Origin: Candidatus Aenigmatarchaeota archaeon
Lineage (GTDB): Archaea; Aenigmatarchaeota; Aenigmatarchaeia; GW2011-AR5; JACRMX01
DNA length: 49,962 nucleotides
Reading direction: 5' to 3'
NCBI GenBank assembly: GCA_018304635.1
Contig: JAGVVW010000003.1
Span: 1 to 49,962 of the forward strand
The notes under the pieces are model-generated. The model ran no database searches, had not been told where the DNA came from, and saw only the letters and a list, made by a program, of their open reading frames with translations. The number at the start of each line of letters is the position of its first letter. Within the stretch, counting starts at the first letter, position 1. The translations under genes and the position numbers were made by a program. Shown here piece after piece: positions 46,659-49,962 of the stretch.

Positions 46659-48002
46659 ATGAAGCTAGAAGAATCCCACACAGTAGAATTAAAAAAGTCT
46701 GTGGCACAGATGAACGAAGCCCTGAAATCGGTATGCGCATTTCTTAATCACAGAGGCGGCGAGGTTTACTTCGGTGTGAATGATAAAGGAAAAATAACTG
46801 GCATACAAAGCTCTGATAAAACTCTCAGAAAAATTTCACAGATTATAAATACGAAAATAAAACCAGAATTTAATCCTGAAATAAAAGAAATTAAAAAGCA
46901 TAAAAATCAGATAATCTATGTAAAAGTTCCGGAAGGCAGCAATAAACCATACTTTTCTGACGGGATTGCATATATACGCATTGGAACTGAAAACAGGGTT
47001 ATTTCTCCGGATGAATTGAAAAGAGTTATTCTGTCTCAAAAAAAGATTAAATGGGATGAGGAAATTTGCAGGTCTGCAAAACTAAAAGATATTGATGAAG
47101 AAACAATAAAGCAATTTCTGAAAAAGGCAGGAATAGAGAGAAATCTGGGATATAAATTACTGTCATGGAAAGATGTTCTAAAAAGATCTGGTATGATAAA
47201 AAACAAAAGCCTGACCAATGCGTTAATTCTGCTTTTTGGAAAAACTCCGCAGAAATTTTTTCCTCATGCAGAAGTCAGGTGCGCAAGATTTAAGGGAACA
47301 GAACCTTTGGAATTTATTGACATGAAAGTATTTGGAAGCAACATCATAAGTCAGATAGAAAATTCAGTTGAATTCGTCAAAGAGCATATGCAATTACATG
47401 CTGAAATAAAAGGTATGGAAAGAGTGGAAAAATGGGAATACCCGATTGAAGCAGTACGAGAAGCAATAGTAAACGCAGTGTGCCACAGGAACTATGAAAT
47501 ATCTGGTAATGCACAAATTAGAATATTTGATGACAGACTCGAGATCTGGGGATGCGGAACCTTGCCTGAACCATTGATAGTAAATGACTTAATGAAGAAG
47601 CATGATTCGATCCTTAGGAACTCCTTGATTGGAAAATGTTTCTTTTTAATCAGGTTTATAGAGCAGTGGGGTACAGGCACAAACAGAATGATAGAGGAAT
47701 GCATAAGTCATGAACTGCCCGAACCTTTATTCGAAGAGATTGCTGGAAATCTTGTGGTTACTTTCAGAAAGAGCAGGCTTACAAATGAATATTTAGAAAA
47801 GCTAGAATTAAATGAAAGACAAAAAAAATCCGTGGAATATCTGGTAAAAAATAAAAAAATAACAACGAATATATATGCTGATATATTTAAAACATCACCC
47901 CGTATGGCAAGGAATGACCTGAAAAAACTAATTAACAAAGAAATTGTAAAAAAAATGGGAAATAGCAAAAAACAGAGTCATTATGTTTTAACGGAAATTT
48001 AA
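46659..48002 (+). CDS. Schlafen/AlbA_2 + HATPase_c_4 + C-terminal HTH protein
   Basis: ESHTVELKKS, AFLN..GG..YFGV.D, REAIVNAVCHRNY, EQWGTG, LNERQ..HTH. Confidence 0.9.
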   Translation: MKLEESHTVELKKSVAQMNEALKSVCAFLNHRGGEVYFGVNDKGKITGIQSSDKTLRKISQIINTKIKPEFNPEIKEIKKHKNQIIYVKVPEGSNKPYFSDGIAYIRIGTENRVISPDELKRVILSQKKIKWDEEICRSAKLKDIDEETIKQFLKKAGIERNLGYKLLSWKDVLKRSGMIKNKSLTNALILLFGKTPQKFFPHAEVRCARFKGTEPLEFIDMKVFGSNIISQIENSVEFVKEHMQLHAEIKGMERVEKWEYPIEAVREAIVNAVCHRNYEISGNAQIRIFDDRLEIWGCGTLPEPLIVNDLMKKHDSILRNSLIGKCFFLIRFIEQWGTGTNRMIEECISHELPEPLFEEIAGNLVVTFRKSRLTNEYLEKLELNERQKKSVEYLVKNKKITTNIYADIFKTSPRMARNDLKKLINKEIVKKMGNSKKQSHYVLTEI

Positions 48003-48033
48003 CGGAAATTTAACGGAAATTTTTTCCGTTAAA
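47987..48033. repeat. 3 x 11-bp tandem repeat plus inverted copy
   Basis: TTTAACGGAAA at 47987, 47998 and 48009; TTTCCGTTAAA at 48023. Confidence 0.85.
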
Positions 48034-48058
48034 AAGTATTACTGTGAAATCAAGATAT

Positions 48059-49153
48059 ATGAACATCTGTATTTTATCCGAGCTGTTTTATCCATATGTA
48101 CTTGGCGGAGCTGAGCGAAGGTATATGGAAATAGCAAAGCGGCTTTCCAAGAAACACGAAATTACAGTATACAGTCTTCGTTTGCATGGTTTTCCAAAAA
48201 CAGAAATCTGGGAAAACATTACAATAAAACGCGTTGGCATGGAGCATCCGTTGAATAAAAGATTTCTTCCAGCACTTGCAACCTATGCATCTCCACTGTT
48301 GAGATGCATGAAATCTGAGTATGATGTAATTGACATGAATCAGGGCATTGCAATGTATGCTTCTATATTTTCTCCAGCTACTCATCGCCCAATGATTGCA
48401 ACATTTCATGATATCTATGCTGATGCATGGAAAAAATATTATCCAGGATTCTACTCTTTTGTTGGCAAAGTAATGGAATATGGATGGTCTATGCTTGCTT
48501 TTGATTCAGTAATAGCAAATTCCTTTCAGACAAAAGAAAAATTAGAACAGCTGGGCATTAAAAATGCAACTGTTATTAACAGTGGCATTGACCTGAAGTT
48601 TATTAATAGCATTCGTTCAAAAAAGACAAACTCTATAGTTTATGTCGGCAGGTTAGTTGATTATAAGCATGTTGATGAGCTGATAATAGCATTCAAAGGA
48701 ATAGAGAAACAGTATCCAAATACTACACTAAAAATTATAGGCAGTGGTTATGATGAGCAAAGGCTGAAAAATATCGCAGCTAATGACAAGAGAATAAAAT
48801 TTTTTGGTTATGTTTCTGAAAAAGATAAGATAAGGCATATAAAATCAGCGTCCCTGCTTGTAAATCCTTCAGAAGTAGAAGGTCTTGGATTAATATTATT
48901 AGAAGCAATGGCCTGCAGAACGCCGGTTATGGCAAAAGCTCTTTCGTGTTATAAAGATTTTGCAATTGCTGGGAAAAATGCTTTTATAACAAATAAAATA
49001 ACAGCAAAATCTATACTCAAGATTCTGGACAACAAAAAACTTCAGAATAACCTATCTGCTGAAGGCCATGCCACAGCTAAAAATTTCACATGGGACAAAA
49101 CAGCTGAAAGGGTTGAGAGGATTTATCAGAATCGTAGCTTTAATACTGTCTAA
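48059..49153 (+). CDS. glycosyltransferase family 4 (GT-B)
   Basis: GGAERR, YVGRLVDYK, EGLGLILLEAMAC. Confidence 0.93.
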   Translation: MNICILSELFYPYVLGGAERRYMEIAKRLSKKHEITVYSLRLHGFPKTEIWENITIKRVGMEHPLNKRFLPALATYASPLLRCMKSEYDVIDMNQGIAMYASIFSPATHRPMIATFHDIYADAWKKYYPGFYSFVGKVMEYGWSMLAFDSVIANSFQTKEKLEQLGIKNATVINSGIDLKFINSIRSKKTNSIVYVGRLVDYKHVDELIIAFKGIEKQYPNTTLKIIGSGYDEQRLKNIAANDKRIKFFGYVSEKDKIRHIKSASLLVNPSEVEGLGLILLEAMACRTPVMAKALSCYKDFAIAGKNAFITNKITAKSILKILDNKKLQNNLSAEGHATAKNFTWDKTAERVERIYQNRSFNTV

Positions 49154-49168
49154 AAATAATTAATTTAT

Positions 49169-49558
49169 ATGAAGGGAATAACACCCGTGATTGCCATTGT
49201 GCTTCTTTTAATGATAACTATAACACTGGTTGGTTTTGCGTTTATCTGGTTCCAGTCTACTTTTCAACAAATTACTGCAACAGTAACTAGGCAGATAGAT
49301 CAACAGACAACTGCAATTGGAAAGATGGTAAGAATAGATTCTATTACAATAGATTCTATTGCCATCAGAAATGTGGGAAGTCAGAATATTGCTGCGAATG
49401 AAATTGCTGTTTTTGTGGATGATGAAAAGCAAACTTATATTTTACCGAATGATATTATTGTGGGTCAGGTTGCTTCGTATACGTTAAATACTCCATGTAC
49501 CTCTAGTAAGACTGTTAAAGTAACATCTCCTGGTGGATCAGATAAGACAACATGCTAA
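49169..49558 (+). CDS. archaeal type IV pilin (complete gene)
   Basis: class III signal peptide MKG|ITPVIAIVLLLMITI, IRNVG motif, two Cys. Confidence 0.9.
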   Translation: MKGITPVIAIVLLLMITITLVGFAFIWFQSTFQQITATVTRQIDQQTTAIGKMVRIDSITIDSIAIRNVGSQNIAANEIAVFVDDEKQTYILPNDIIVGQVASYTLNTPCTSSKTVKVTSPGGSDKTTC

Positions 49559-49962
49559 ACCGAAATTGAATTTCAAGGACAGACAACTTGTTTAGAAACT
49601 GAATTTTTAAGCATTTTTTTATTTTATAGATAAACAGACAACTGCATTCGGGAAAACTGTTAGGATAGAAGCTGCTGCTGGAAATTCTGTTTCAATAAGA
49701 AATGTCGGAAGCCAAACTATCGCCGTGAATGAAATTGCTGTCTTTGTAGATGGTTCAAAGCAAGGTAATAATTTACCAAGTGATCTTATTGCGGGTCAGG
49801 TTCAACAATATACATTAACTAATGCATGCAGTGGCACTGGTGTAACTACTGTTAAAGTAACAGCTCCTGGTGGATCAGATAAGACAACATGCTAAACCGA
49901 AATTGAATTTCAAGGACAGACAACTTGTTTAGAAACTGAATTTTTAAGCATTTTTTTATTTT
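49527..49962 (+). repeat. 99-bp exact direct repeat, 337-bp period
   Basis: 49527-49625 is identical to 49864-49962 (pilin 3' end plus spacer); the second copy runs to the window edge. Confidence 0.92.
49626..49895 (+). other. start-less variant pilin cassette (open frame, C-terminal 89 aa)
   Basis: IDKQTTAFGKTVRIEAAAGNSVSIRNVGSQTIAVNEIAVFVDGSKQ...VKVTAPGGSDKTTC; in-frame TAA at 49608, no ATG, no signal peptide. Confidence 0.85.

Noticed and set aside
49169-49895. variation of N-glycosylation sequons between pilin variants
   Set aside because: Neither the complete pilin nor the cassette contains an N-x-S/T sequon.
49527-49962. CRISPR array or DGR interpretation of the terminal repeats
   Set aside because: The repeat is 99 bp with a 337-bp period and the intervening DNA is pilin coding sequence. 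Differences are not adenine-specific and include an indel. No cas or reverse transcriptase gene is in the window.

Overview
AT-rich archaeal chromosomal window, most consistent with a DPANN-type archaeon (inferred from gene content). Housekeeping genes include Sec11-type signal peptidase, TFS, L40e, L15e, RNase P Rpp30/Pop5, aIF-2beta, Pus10, a Trm5-family and a NOL1/NOP2 methyltransferase, RtcB, AspRS, ArgRS, MAP, HtpX and deoxyhypusine synthase. Accessory content includes three AbrB toxin-antitoxin pairs plus two remnants, an ArgA/ArgB-like pair with Lrp and two AbrB-ACT regulators, a compact CooS-like CO dehydrogenase, an ATP-dependent RNA ligase-like gene next to a Schlafen/AlbA_2 gene, and a glycosylation locus with a split AglB. 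The most striking feature is at the right end. A complete type IV pilin gene is followed by a start-less but open variant copy of its C-terminal part, and a 99-bp segment is repeated exactly up to the window edge. This looks like a silent-cassette pilin variation locus analogous to Neisseria pilE/pilS (inference). Also seen: a dispersed family of nested hairpin elements and several micro-ORFs missing from the ORF track. No rRNA, tRNA, CRISPR array, transposase or reverse transcriptase was recognised. All calls are from motif recognition by eye; no searches were run.
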